64,000 nucleotides of DNA from assembly GCA_030390025.1 (NCBI GenBank), contig CM059432.1, forward strand, positions 76,944,001-77,008,000. The letters run 5' to 3'. This DNA comes from Squalus acanthias. Lineage: Eukaryota. This document shows, piece after piece, positions 1 through 12,404 of this stretch (positions are counted from its first letter, which is position 1; every line of letters begins with the position of its first letter). The position numbers and the translations under genes were made by a program. Under the pieces are notes generated by a model that saw only the letters and a list, made by a program, of their open reading frames with translations, did no database searches and had not been told where the DNA came from.

Positions 1-1059
1 AATTTTCAGCTGATTAGAGAGAGCCAGCATGAATTTGTAAAGGGTAGGTCATGCCTGACGAACCTGATTGAATTTTTTGAAGATGTGAGTGAAGTAGTGG
101 ACAGGGGAATGTCTATAGATGTTATTTATATGGACTTCCAGAAGATATTTGATAAAGTCTCACATAAGAGACTGTTAGCTAAAGTTGAAGCTCATGGAAT
201 TGAAGGCAAATTATTAACCTGGTTAGGAAATTGGCTCTAATTGGCAGGATGTGACTAGGTGGTGTCCCGGCAAGATCTGTGTTGGGGCCTCAACTATTGA
301 CCGTATTTATTAACGACTTAGATGATGGGATAGAAAGTCACATATCCATGTTTGCTGATGACACAAAGATACGTGGCATTGTCAGCAGTGTAGCTGGAAG
401 CAGAAAATTACAAAGATATTAATCGATTAAGTGTATGGGCAAAACTGTGGCAAATGGATTTCAATGTAGGTAAATGTGAAGTCATCCACTTTGGGCGTAA
501 AAAACATAGACAGGGTACTTTCTAAATGGTGAAAAGCTAGAAACAGTGGAGGTCCAAAAGAGACTTGGGAGTCCAGGTACATAGATCATTAAAATGTCAT
601 GAACAGGTACAGAGAATAATCAAAAAAGGGCTAATGGGATGCTGGCCTTTATATCTAGAAGACTAGAATGCAAGGGGGTATTTTATATCTAGAGGACTAG
701 AATACATGCTACAACTGTATAAAGCCCTGGTTAGACCACACCTGGAGTACTGTGAGCAATTCTGGGCACCACACCTTGGGAAGGATATATTGGCCTTGGA
801 GGGAGTGCAACTTAGATTTACCAGAACGATACCCAGACTCCAAGGATTAAATTATGAGGAGAGATTACACAAACTAGGGCTGTATTCCCTGGAATTTAGA
901 TGGTTAAGGGGTGACTTGATTGAAGTTTTCAAGATATTAAGGGGAACAGATAGGGTAGATAGAGAGAAACTATTTCCTCTGGTTGAGGAGTCTAGGACTA
1001 GGGGACATAGTCTAAAAATGAGAGCCAGACCTTACAGGAGTGAAATTAGGAAAACCTTC
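1..1059 (+). mobile_element. CR1 LINE, degenerate RT/C-terminal region (left part, split by a MITE)
   Basis: Translates to FVKGRSCLTNLIEFF, FADDTK and LYKALVRPHLEYCEQFWAPHL (ORF 706-1077); frameshifted. Confidence 0.93.
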
Positions 1060-1876
1060 GGGCGCGAAATTCGGTAGCGCCCCGTTTGAGGGCGGTAACG
1101 CTGGCGAGGCGGGACATCCTGCGCCCGGCAAGGAAGTCCCTCCCCAGCCGCAAAATTCGCCTTACCGCCCCGCCCAGGAAGTGGAGCACAATTTCGGGCG
1201 CTCCACTTCCTGGTGGGGCGGTAACCAAGGCGATGTCGGGGCGCAATCGGTAGCGCTCCGCAGATGCTCCGCAGAGCGCTGCCGCGTTTCAACGCCCCTC
1301 CTCTTCAGTTAAAGGGGAGGGCCGCTGCGCACTTGACAGAGCCTCCGATGGCCCACACTAGGCCACCAGGGCGGCGTGGTGCCACGGCAGCAGCCCGGTG
1401 TCGAGACGCGGTGCTAGGCTGCGCAATGGCGGCCAGGACCACACCACGGAGGGCCGACCTGGAGGTAGGCCAAAAAAAGAAAATGGCGGCGCGGGTCACG
1501 GCCACACCTCCCCTTTAACAACTGCCCTGCAAGTGGAGGTCGGCCTGGCTAGTGACCCACGAGGCTGGCGCTGACACTGCCCACGGCAGCCTTGAGGGGC
1601 GCAGCTGAATTTCTGCCGCAGGGTGGTAAGGGGACGCAGTGGGGCGCTAAGGGGTTGCCGCGCACGGTGATGATGTCATCACTGGAGGCGCGGTGGCCCG
1701 GGGCGCTACCGGCAGGGTCGTGGTGCTATCGGGTAGCGCTTCAGCATTGCCCTGCCGAATTTCGGGGGAGGCACTTTTTTCGCGCCGCCCCCCTTCCCGG
1801 GCGATAACCCCTTTGCGCCCCGTTAGCGTCCCCCAGAGGCGCTAATGTCAGGCACAAAGGAGCCGAATTTCGCCCG
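1060..1876. mobile_element. GC-rich non-autonomous TIR element (Harbinger-type MITE)
   Basis: Ends GGGCGCGAAATTCGG ... CCGAATTTCGCCCG, flanked by TTC/TTC; CR1 is continuous across the insertion. Confidence 0.85.
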
Positions 1877-2112
1877 TTCCGAACACAAAGGGTGGTAGAA
1901 GTTTGGAACTCTCTTCCGCAAATGGCAATTGATACCAGATCAATTGTAATTTTAAATCTAAGATTGATAGATTTCTGTTAACCAAAGGTATTAAGGGATA
2001 TGGGCCATAGGCGGATCTATGGAGCTGGGCCACAGATCAGTCATGATCTCATTGAAAGGCACAACAGGCTCGAGGAGCTAAATGGCCTTACTCCTATTCC
2101 TATGTTCCTATG
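1877..2112 (+). mobile_element. CR1 3' end (right part)
   Basis: TQRVVEVWNSLP coding remnant, 3' UTR and CCTATGTT-type repeat tail. Confidence 0.9.
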
Positions 2113-3525
2113 CTTCTTTGATGTAGCACTGGAGGCCTTGGTCCAGGGGGTATATTGGAGAGAGGTCCACTACACACAGGGGGTCAGAGGCTCTCAAGAC
2201 ACACCGTGAGAAGGCAGTGGGAGCAGATTGCCCAAGCCGTCAGTGCCATGAGTGTCGCTGCAAGGACCTGGATCCAGTCCCGCAAGAAATTTAATGACCT
2301 CACACAAGTGGTCAAGGTGAGTGAATGCATCTTCAAATGCCATATCCCACCAACTGCACCACAAGCCTCACACACTGCTCAATGCACCACACCCCCATCG
2401 CTCACCTACCAACAATCTCTAGCTATCACGGCTCATACCTCACAATCATAGCTTCACCTCACCCTCACACACTTACCACTACTGCAAGCCTCACACCCAC
2501 ATCTTGCACCTTGCACACAATGTCAGATATTCAACTGTGACACAGACACGACAGGCCAAATGGCCTCCTTCTGTGCATTAAATTTCTATGATTCTATGAC
2601 AGGCACATTACCCAAACACATTGCACCAAACTCACTGACATACTTCACTTTTCTGGAGGCCAAGGTTGCTCACAACCGGCATGAGCAGCAACAGAGAGGC
2701 TGGGGGCAAGCACGGCTGCACAACCTCACTGCGCTGGAGGAGACAGTGCTGCAGATAATTGGAGGGGCTGTCACTGAGGTCATGGCGAGTGGCGAGATTG
2801 AAAGCATTGATGATGATGGTATGCTCAGAAGAAGAATCCTTCTTCTCACATCCCACTTCCCCCTCATCGCACAATCTCTTCTCACTTACAAGCTACTGAT
2901 GGTGAAAGCATGCATATCTTGCTTCCCCCCTTCCCCTCACCACAACCCAACCCTTGAGCCTTTCTCCTTTCAGATGCTCAAGAACTGCCAGCAGCTCAGC
3001 CAGTGCAGAAAGAACTAGAGGAGGAGAGTGATGGAGAAGATGAGGCAACGTCACTCGCAGGCACCAGCTCAGAAAATGGCACTGGGCAAACTTTAGAGGG
3101 TAGTATAGAGGTGGGTCCTGCATGTGGTGAGTCACCGGGCACGAGTGGGTTGCAGACAGGCCAGGAGGAAAGGGTAGCACAGATGCCAGCTCCCCGGAGG
3201 GTGAGTTCGCGCATGAGTTCTGCTGCACAGGACTCAGATGCAGACTCCAATGGGGCGGCCTTCAGAAGACGGGTGAGGGACATGCACACAGAACTGCTTG
3301 GTGCAATGGCAGTCCTGCCAAAGAGCCTGTTGTCACTATCAAGGAGCATGGAGGAGTCCGGCTCTAACATTTGCGCGGAGCTTAGAGCCCATGCTGCCCA
3401 GGATGGAAGTGATGGGTGTGATGGGCGATGTCGCAGCTTCCATTGCAGCACAAGCGGAAGCGACCCAACATCTGAGTGCTGCAGTGGAAGCTCAGACTTC
3501 TGTCATGCAGGCTCAGCTTGCTGGC
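2113..3525 (+). pseudogene. Harbinger Myb/SANT-like DNA-binding partner gene, spliced (exon ends 2316; exon 2659-2818; exon from 2974); tail resumes ~10286-10540
   Basis: FDVALEALVQ..WEQIAQAVSAMSVAARTWIQSRKKFNDLTQVVK|gtgagt; gag|gcc, gatg|gtatgc and tttcag|at splice sites keep the frame into ORF 3003. Confidence 0.8.
2532..2595 (+). mobile_element. Ultra-short CR1 3' tail insertion in the Myb intron
   Basis: ggccaaatggcctccttctgtg + ctatgattctatga tail, flanked by TGACA/TGACA. Confidence 0.7.
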
Positions 3526-4399
3526 ACACATGGTTGCAGGGTAACCAAAGCTGGGAACTGAATGTTCCAGGGTACTCAACATTTAGGAAGGACAGACAAA
3601 AAGGAAAAGGAGGTGGCGTAGCGCTGTTAATAAGGGATAAGATCGGTACGGTAGAGATAAAAGATCTTGGCTCAGCAGATTGTGATGTAGAACTGGAATC
3701 AGTTTGGGTGGAGCTAAGAAACAGCAAAGGGCGGAAAGCATTGGTGGGAGTTGTGTATAGGCCACCAAACAGTAGTGGTAATGTAGGGCACAGTATCAAT
3801 CAAGAAATTAGAAGTGCATGTAACAAGGGCAATACGGTAATCATGGGGGAGTTTAATCTACATATTGACTGGGCAAATCAAATTACCACTAATGGTGTGG
3901 AGGACAAATTCTTGTAATGCCGGCAAGATGGTTTCCTGGATCAATATGTGGAGGAACCAACCAGGGAACAGGCGATTCTGGATCTGGTACTGTGTAATGA
4001 GAAAGGGCTAATCAATAATCTTGTGGTAAAGGGGCCTTTAGGGACAAGTGACCATAATATGTTTAATTTTATATTAAGTTTGAGAGTGATGTAGTCCAAT
4101 CTGAAACTAAGGTCTTCAATCTAAACAGAGGAAACTACAACGGTATGAGGGACAAGTTGGTCATGGTAGATTGGGAGACTACACTAAAAGGTATGAAGGT
4201 GGACATACAATGGCTAACATTCAAGGAAATAATGCATAATTTACAACAAACATATATTCCTCTAGGGTATAAAACCCCAAAGGAAAGGTAATCCAACAGA
4301 TGCTGCCTGGCCTGCTGAGTATTTCCAGCATTTTCTGTTGTTATTTCAAATTTCCAGCATCCGCAGTATTTTGCTATTGTATTAGTGTTTGGTTCATTG

Positions 4400-7157
4400 C
4401 CACCTCTCTTCTAGGAATGCCCACCTTGAAGAAGTTCTGCTCTTTTCTCCGACGGGATTTCCGTTTGTCTCTTCAACCTTGTTCATCTTCATTGCTTTCA
4501 GTTTCCCTTCTCGTGTTTGATCAGGTATCTGCCAAGACTCGGTTTCACAGCCACATCTCTTTCCTCAGCAACTGTCTCCGGTTCCGACATATTCCACGTG
4601 GATTCCAATTGAACTTCCACCCTTCGTGTTTCGGATCGACCCAGCATTACAAATATCTCCAAGATATTCATTGTTCCTCGAACTACTGCTCTCGCCGCAT
4701 CTTGAGATCCACGCTCAACGCCATGCGCCGCCACATGAATACTCTCGACCTCTCTCTTCAGCAGCACCGACGCACTCTATCTCAAAGCTGTCCTGGTCCA
4801 TAGTTCCATTTCATCCTTCGACTCATCCGACGCTTCAACAAAAAACTTTTTTTCTTCCTTTCTGATGTCAAGGATCACAAGCTTCATCAACTCTTGGACA
4901 CCAATGCCCCTCCGGAACCTTCTTCCCCATCACTTTCCTCTGACCCCATCCCTTCTTCCAATCTCACCCCTGCCATGTTTTCACTATCCCCTCTGACCTT
5001 CCCATCTCTGACCCCGAACGATCAGTCCTCAGCAAAGGCCTGAGCTTCATCCCCTTACGCCCCCATCTCAATGAATTTTGAGCTCGGTACGATGCTGAGC
5101 TCTTTTTCCGTCACCTTCGTCTCCGTGCCCACTTCTTTGGCCAGGAGTCTTCCCCCCACACAGCTGACCCTTTCTTCCGCTTTCAAAATTCTCGTTCTAC
5201 CTGGAGCCCTCCCTCTGGCCTCTTACCCTCTCTAGATCTTTTCATTGCTAACTACCGATGTGACATCGACTGTCTCAATTTCTCTGCTCCCCTCTCACTC
5301 CAACCTACCTCCCTCTGAACTTGCAGCACTCCGTTCTCTCCGATCCAATCCTAACATTATCATTAAACCTGCTGATAAGGGTGGTGCTGTTGTTGTTTGG
5401 CGAACCGACCTCTACCGTGCGGAAGCTGAACACCAACTCTCCGACACCTCCTCCTACCTCCGCCTGGACCATGACCCCACTAGCAAACATCAAGCCATTG
5501 TTTCCAAGACTGTCACTGACCTCATCTCCTCTGGAGATCTTCCCTCCACGGCCGCCAACCTCATAGTCCCCCAACCCCGCACAGCCCGCTTCTACCTCCT
5601 TCCCAAGATCCACAAACAGGACTGCCCTGGTAGACCCATCGTTTCAGCCTGTTCTTGCCCCACGGAACTTATCTCTTCCTATCTTGACTCTATTTTTTCT
5701 CCCCTTGTCCAGTCTCTTCCCACCTACATTCATGACTCTTCCGACGCCCTCCGTCACTTTAACAGTTTCCAGTTTCCTGGCCCCGTCTCCTTTTCACTAT
5801 GCACGTCCAATCACCCTACACCTCCATCCCCCACCAGGACGGCCTGAGGGCGCTCCACTTCTTCCTTGAACAGAGGCCCAACCAGTCCCCATCCACCACC
5901 ACCCTCCTCCGCCTGGCTGAACTTGTTCTCACATTGAACAACTTCTCCTCTGACTCCACTCACTTCCTCCAAATTAAAGGTGTTGCTATGGGAACCCGCA
6001 TGGGCCCTAGCTATGCCTGCCTTTTCAAGGGATATGTGGAACATTCTTTGTTCCAGTCCTACTCAGGTCCCCTCCCTCACCTTTTTTTCCGGTACATCGA
6101 TGACTGTATCAGTGCCGTTTCCTGCTCTCGCCCTGAACTAGATAAGTTCATTCAGTTTAGTTCCAATTTCCACCCTTCCCTCACCTTCACATGGTCCATC
6201 TCCGACTCTTCTCTTCCCTTCCTTGACTTCTCTGTCTCCATTTCTGGCGATCGGCTTTCGACAAACATCCACTCCAAGCCCACTGACTCCCACAGCTACC
6301 TGGACTACACTTCCTCCCACCCCGCTTCCTGTAAGGACTCTATTCCATTCTCCCAGTTTCTCCGTCTCCGCTGCGTCTGTTCTGACAATGCCACCTTCCA
6401 TACCAGTGCTTCCGACATGTCTTCCTTTTTCCTCAACCGAGGATTCCCCTCTACTGTGGTTGACACGGCCCTTGACCGTGTCCGTTCCATTTCCCGCACT
6501 TCTGCTCTCACCCCTTCCCCTCCCTCCCAGAACCACGATAGGGATCCCCTTGTCCTCACCTTTCACCCCACCAGCCTCCACATTCAACGGATCATCCTTC
6601 GCCATTTCCGCCACCTCCAACGTGATCCCACCACCAAACGCATCTTCCCCTCACCTCCCCTTTCAGCATTCCGAAGGGACCGCTCCCTCCGCGACACCCT
6701 GGTCCACTCCTCAACCACCCCTAACAGCCCTTCCCCTTCGCCTGGCACCTTCCCATGCAAGCGCAGGAGATGCAACACATGCCCTTTTACCTCCTCCCTT
6801 CCCACTGTCCAGGGCCCCAAACACCCCTTCCAGGTGAAACAGCGATTTACTTGTACTTCTTGCAATTTAATATACTGTATTCGCTGCTCACGATGCGGTC
6901 TCCTCTACATTGGGGAGACCAAACGCAGATTGGGCGACTGTTTTGTGGAACACCTCCGTTCAGTCTGTAAGGTTGACCCTGAGCTTCTGGTCGCCTGTCA
7001 CTTTAATTCTCCGCTTCACTCCCACTCTGATCTCTCTGTCCTCGGCCTATTACATTGTTCCAATGAAGCTCAACGTAAGCTCGAGGAACAGCACCTCATC
7101 TTTCGATTAGGTACTATACAGCCTTCTGGACTCAACATTGAGTTCAACAATTTCTAA
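4400..7157 (+). pseudogene. PLE polyprotein: RT + Cys-rich linker + GIY-YIG endonuclease (frameshifts, stops)
   Basis: KPADKGGAVVV, FYLLPKIHK, GRPIVS, GVAMGTRMGPSYA, FFRYIDD, CKRRRCNTC, LIYCIRCSRCGLLYIGETKRRL, GLN. Confidence 0.93.
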
Positions 7158-7334
7158 CTATAACCCCTGCCCCCATTTTTCATGCTGTATGATTTTTCCA
7201 TTCCCATTTGCAACATTTTATCTCACCTGCCTCTTACATAAGCACAGTATATTCCTTCAATTCCTTCCTCCCCTCCACTCCCCCCACCCTGTCTCTGCAC
7301 CTGCTTAATATCTGTTACATCTCCAGCTTTTTCC

Positions 7335-8206
7335 AGTTCTGATGAAGGGTCCCAGACCTGAAACGTTGGGCAGAATTTTCATTGACCCGTGGAGGCGGGT
7401 TTGGAGGCAGGAGTGGTGGAAAAATAGCAGATTCGGGGGTCCCGAACCCATCCCACCCCCAACCCGCCTCCATGCCAGTTTCACAGGAGGCGGATACCCG
7501 ACCTGTGCTGGGACCCGCCTCCCCAAGGCGGGAAGGGGATTAGTGCCAATAAACTGCTGTTAACAGGTAGTTAACAGGCAGTTTTTTGCTTAATCCCTAT
7601 TTTTGGCCCTGAAGTGTGGGCTTCCCGACAGGCCGATTTAGCATGGTGGACCGTCGGTCTGGAGGGCTTGGAGGGGTCGAGATGTCCGGTGTGCAGGTGA
7701 GTGATGGGTGCATGAGTGCAGAGGTAAGTGTGTTTGGTGTGTGTAAAGTGTTTTAAAAACTTGTACTTACCTTAACTTTGTCCTGCAGGCTTCCTTCCTT
7801 CAGTTCTCGGGAGTCCCTCAGCTCACCGGCACAGAAAGCAGAATGGCCGCGGAGCTGTCAAAAGCTGCAGTCTCTGCTTTCTGTGCTGGATTGATTTCTA
7901 ACTCAGTCTAAGTACAGGGACTCAAGTTAGAAATCATATTGTCAGTGTTTGACAGCTTCACAGAGCTGTCAAATGCTGAAATTTCATCTGTCAAAAGCTC
8001 TTGACAGATGAAATTTCAATGGCTGACGTCACCTGTATCCAAGGGACCCTTGATTGGCCTGCTAAGCCCGCTGGGCGGGCTTAACAAGGTCAATCAAAGG
8101 AAAATACAGTGGGTTGGCCACAAGTCGATGGAGGTGGGACTACAACCCAAAAAGTGGGAGTGCCACCTCCATCACATCCCCATTGACAAAATCCAGCCCA
8201 TTAACT
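7335..8206 (+). ncRNA. Minimal hammerhead ribozyme motif of the PLE 3' pLTR, split by the MITE (parts 7335-7367 and 8200-8206)
   Basis: agtt-CTGATGA-agggtc(cca)gacct-GAAA-cg-TT ... aact; helix I agtt/aact is restored if the MITE and one TSD copy are removed. Confidence 0.75.
7368..8199. mobile_element. Harbinger-type MITE
   Basis: TIRs GGGCAGAATTTT / AAAATCCAGCCC; TSD GTT/ATT (CpG-type change); subterminal similarity to 52370-54112. Confidence 0.85.
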
Positions 8207-10789
8207 CTGTTTCTCTGTCCACGGATGCTGCCTGGCCTGCTGAGTATTTTCAGCATTTTCTGTTGTTGTTTTATAAAAGAAATTAAAGCTAGTATTAAGT
8301 CAAAGGAGGAAGCTTATAAAGTTGCCAGAAAAAGCGGTCAGCCTGAGGATTGGGATCTTTTTAGAAATCAGCAAAGGGGGACCAAGAAATTGATAAAGAA
8401 AGGGGAAATGGAATATGAGCACAAACTAGCGAAAAATATAAAAACGGATTGTAAAAGCTTCTATAGGTATGTGAAAAGGAAAAGACTGGCAAAGGTAAAT
8501 GTAAGTCCTTTACAGTCAGAGAAGGGAGAATTTATAATGGGGAATGAGGAAATGGCTTGGAAATTAAATAAATACTTTGTTTCTGTCTTCACGAAGGATG
8601 ACACAAAAAACCTCCCAGAAATACGAGAAAACCAAGGGTGTGGCGAGAATGAGGAACTTAAAGAAATTATTACTAGTAAAAAAACAGTACCAGCAAAATT
8701 AATTGGACTAAAAGTCGATAAATCTCAAGGACCAGATGACCTACATCCTAGGGTTTTGAAAGAGGTGGCCATTGGGATAGTGGACGCATTGGTTGTCATC
8801 TTCCAAAATTCTATAGATTCTGGTACGGTTCCTGCAGATTGGAGGATAGCAAATGTAACCCTGCTATTTAAGAAAGCAGGGAGAGAGAAAACGGGGAACT
8901 ACAGACCTGTTAGCCTCACATCAGTAGTTGGGAAAATGCTGGAATCTATTATAAAGGATGCAATAACTGGGCACTTAGAAACTAATAGTAAGATTGGGCA
9001 GAGTCAACATGGATTTACGAAAGGGAAGTCCTGTTTGACAAACCTATTGGAGTTCTTTGAGGATGTAACTAGTGGAGTAGACAAAGGGGAACCAGTAGAT
9101 GTGGTGTATTTGGATTTTCAGAAGGCCTTCGATAAGGTCCCACACAGGAGGTTGGTGAACAAAATTAGAGCACATGGAATTGGGGGTAATATACTAGCAT
9201 GGATTGAGAATTGGTTAACAGACAGAAAACAAAGAGTAGGGATAAACGGGTCTTTTTCAGGATGGCAGGCTGTGACTAGTGGGGTACCGCAAGGATCGGT
9301 GCTTGGGCCCCAGCTATTCACAATCTATATCAATGATTTGGATGAGGGGACTAAATGTAACATTTCCAAATTTGCTGATGACACAAAGCTAGGTGGCAGT
9401 GTCAGTTGCGAAGAGGATGTGAAGAGGCTTCAAGGGGATCTTGACAGGCTCAGTGAGTGGGCGAGAACATGGCAGATGGATTATAATGTGGATAAATGTA
9501 AAGTTATCCACTTTGGTAGAAAAAACAGAAAGCAGAGTATTTCCTAAATGGTGAAAGATTGGGGAATGCAGATGCTCAAAGGGACCTGGGTGTCCTTGTA
9601 CACGAGTCACTGAAAGTGAATGTGCAGGTGCAGCAAGCCATTAGGAAGGCAAATGGTATGCTGGCCTTCATTACAAGAGGATTTGAGTACAGGAGTAAAG
9701 AAGTCTTACTCCAATTATATAGGGCCTTGGTGAGACCACACCTGGAGTACTGTGTGCAATTTTGGTCTCCTTACCTAAGGAAGGATATACTTGCCATACA
9801 GGGAGTGCAACGAAGGTTCACGAGATTGATTCCTGGGATGGTGGGACTGTCGTATGAGAAGAGATTGAGTAAATTGAATTCAGAAGAATGAGAGGGGATC
9901 TCAATGAAGCATACAAAATTATTACAGGGCTTGATAGGGTGGATGCTGGGAGAATGTTTCCCTTGGCTGGGGAGTCTAGAACCAGGGACCACAGCCTCAG
10001 GATAAAGGGTAGGCCATTCAGGACTGAGATGAGAAGAAATTTCTTCACACAGAGGGTGGTGAATCTTTGGAATTCTCTACCCCAGAGGGCTGTGGAGGCT
10101 CAGTCATTTAGTATATTCAAAACAGAAGTCACTAGATTTCTGACTAGTAAGGGCATCAAGGGATATGGCGATAAGGCCGGTGAATGGAATTGAGGCAGAA
10201 GATCAGCCATGATCTCATTGAATGGCGGAGCAGGCTCGAAGGGCTGAAAGGCCTACTCCTGCTCCTATTTCTTATGTTCTTATGTAAGCTCAAACAGCTC
10301 TCATGCAGGATGACAGCAGTTGTACTCCCACACCTGCCACACCACCAGAGCCATTGCAGTTGCCTGTCTGTCAGCCAGCCCAGACTGCTGCCGCCCAGGC
10401 CGAGATGGTGTAGTCTACAGTCGGGCCTTCTGGGCCCAGAGCTGCTCGAGGTCATCCTGCAAGACCATCTGTAGTCTCCCCCACAGAAAGTCAGCAACCT
10501 TCCACCAGCCATGTTGCAGCCCCTGGGGTAGCACTGTGTAGGAGCACTAGAATAGGCAAAGGCACACAAAAGACAGACACTAAGGGAATGCACAAGGGTG
10601 ATTAGTTGTCTTTATTATGTAAGATTCAAATTAATCATTTATAAATTTTGTTTGGAATGTTTGTTTTGTGGTGGCTTTCATTTCAGCTTTGTGCCCAAGA
10701 GGACACTGTGATGTTCCGTGACAGAGAGATGGTAAGGAGGGGAACTATTGAGCAACGCGGATCTGGGGCTTCATTCATTGGAACCGGAG

Positions 10790-11927
10790 TCTGATGATGC
10801 GCACACGGACAATCCCGTCCGGAACGGGGATCTGCTGCCTGCCACTTCCCTGCCTCCTCCTCTTCCTCTTCATCCTTCTGTTCTTCCTCCTCCTCCTCCT
10901 CCTGAGGTAGTCACAGAACCCGTAGTGGCAAGGGCTGTGTCCTCATGATGGCCAAGTTGTGGAGGATGCAGCAGACCAACACGAAATGGGACGCCTGCTC
11001 CAGTGTGTACTGGAGGACCCCTCCCGAGCGGTCAAAGCAGCGGAACCGTTGCTTGAGCACCCCGATGGCCTGCTCGATGACGTTCCTCATGGCGCTCATT
11101 ATATGAGTGTTGGCCACGAGTGGTGGGGTTGTGGAGGGGAGTCATCAGCCAGGTGTAGAGCGGATAGCCCTTGTCTCCGAGCAGCCACCTCGGGTTCGAC
11201 GTGGTAGCTGGAAGATTGCTGGCATAGCGGACTGGCGCAGGATGAAGGCATCCTGACTGCTGCCAGGACACCAGGCATTCACCATCATGATGTGCTGGGC
11301 ATGGTTTCACACTAACTGTACATTAAGAGAGTGGTACCCTTCGCGGTTACGGAGCATCTCAGGATTGCTATGCGGCGCCCGCAAAGCCACATGTGTGTAG
11401 TCGAGGGTGCCCTGCACCATGAGGCCGCCTGATATCCTGGAAAAACCACAGGCGCGCTCCTCCTGCTTCACTCTGTTCAGAGAGAAGACAATGAAGTCCC
11501 TTCTCCTGGAATAAAGAGCCTCTGTGACCTCGCGGATGCAGCGATGGACGGCAAACTGGGAGATGTTAGATAAGTCATCTGCTCCAGCCTGAAATGATCC
11601 AGTGGTGAAAAAAATCAGGGCCACGGTCACCTTAGGGGCCACTGGCAGCGCTGCCGTCACCCTGCTCTGAGGCTGAAGGTCTGGTTCCAAGAGGTGGCAG
11701 CGTTCTGTGACCACCTCCTTGATGAAGTGGAGGCTCTGAATACACTGCTCCTGGTTTAAGCGCAGGTAGGAGAAGTGCTCCCTGAAGACCCTAGGTGGGT
11801 AAGGCCTCCTACTGAGAGCCCTCCTCCCCTTCCTCCTCCTCCCTCTGCGAGCAGCTTGTCTTTGCTGCCTCTGCTCCATCTCCCTGTCATGCTGCAGCGC
11901 GAGGAGGACTGCAACTAGAGCCCCCAT
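10790..11927 (-). pseudogene. Harbinger DDE transposase (HARBI1-like), frameshifted
   Basis: VQGTLDYTHVALRAP, NREGYHSLNVQLV, WLLGDKGYPL, RNVIEQAIGVLKQRFRC, VCCILHN, acidic tail. Confidence 0.92.
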
Positions 11928-12404
11928 GATTGGGAGCAAGTGGTGTAGTCAGAGACCTTTCAGTTGCAGCCAACACCTTCTTGCATACTTTACCAAATTT
12001 ATAAATGTGTTCCAGCAAGCCAGTATCAATATAAACTCTGCAGCAGCCAGTACAAGAGAACAAATCAACTTACCTGCAAGTTGGATGTATCCGTTTAAAT
12101 AGCGCTGGTGGTGGTTCCGTCGTGCAGCTGAACGTACGTTCAATGTGCATGTTTAAGAGGCGGCGTTGATTGTCGTGCAACAAATCAGCGTTGCATGCTG
12201 ATTGATGTCACAATCTGCCTCATTTGCATTCTTCCGCCGCACGCAGGCAACAGCCGCACTAGCGACCTGCCCAAAATGGTGGCCACCATGGCCAGCGCTG
12301 GAAGTGGCTGGAAGCGAGGCGATCGCCATTGCCGAAACCGGACTTAACTACTGGTGCAAGCAGGGGATTTTCGTGGTCTAAGTGTATTAGAGAGTGACCT
12401 GGTG

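Larger units (their letters stand above)
4298..8272 (+). mobile_element. Penelope-like retroelement (Neptune-type), near full length, with direct terminal repeats (pLTR)
   Basis: Direct repeat gatgctgcctggcctgctgagtattt..cagcattttctgttgtt at ~4299-4345 and ~8224-8272; RT and GIY-YIG ORFs lie between. Confidence 0.93.
3526..10285 (+). mobile_element. CR1 LINE ORF2 (APE endonuclease part 3526-4290, RT 8273-10190), split by a Penelope-like element
   Basis: [66 protein letters not shown]; ttcttatg tail at ~10270-10285. Confidence 0.95.
2113..12378. mobile_element. PIF/Harbinger transposon copy A (Myb gene +, transposase -), interrupted by CR1, PLE and MITE
   Basis: Collinear in reverse with the complete copy at 34467-38619; degenerate TIR near 12366-12378 followed by TAA; the left terminus is not visible. 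Confidence 0.85.

Noticed and set aside
1032..1807. Overlapping GC-rich ORFs and CpG-island appearance
   Set aside because: They lie inside a TIR/TSD-bounded MITE; no protein motifs
3003..3917. Apparent Myb-linker/endonuclease fusion ORF (304 aa)
   Set aside because: Chance in-frame junction between the Harbinger gene and an inserted CR1
8114..9547. 477-aa RT ORF with an unusual N-terminus
   Set aside because: The N-terminus is read-through from MITE and pLTR sequence; the rest is ordinary CR1 RT
10790..11927. Host HARBI1 or NAIF1 genes
   Set aside because: Multiple frameshifted copies within TIR-bounded elements indicate transposons, not domesticated genes
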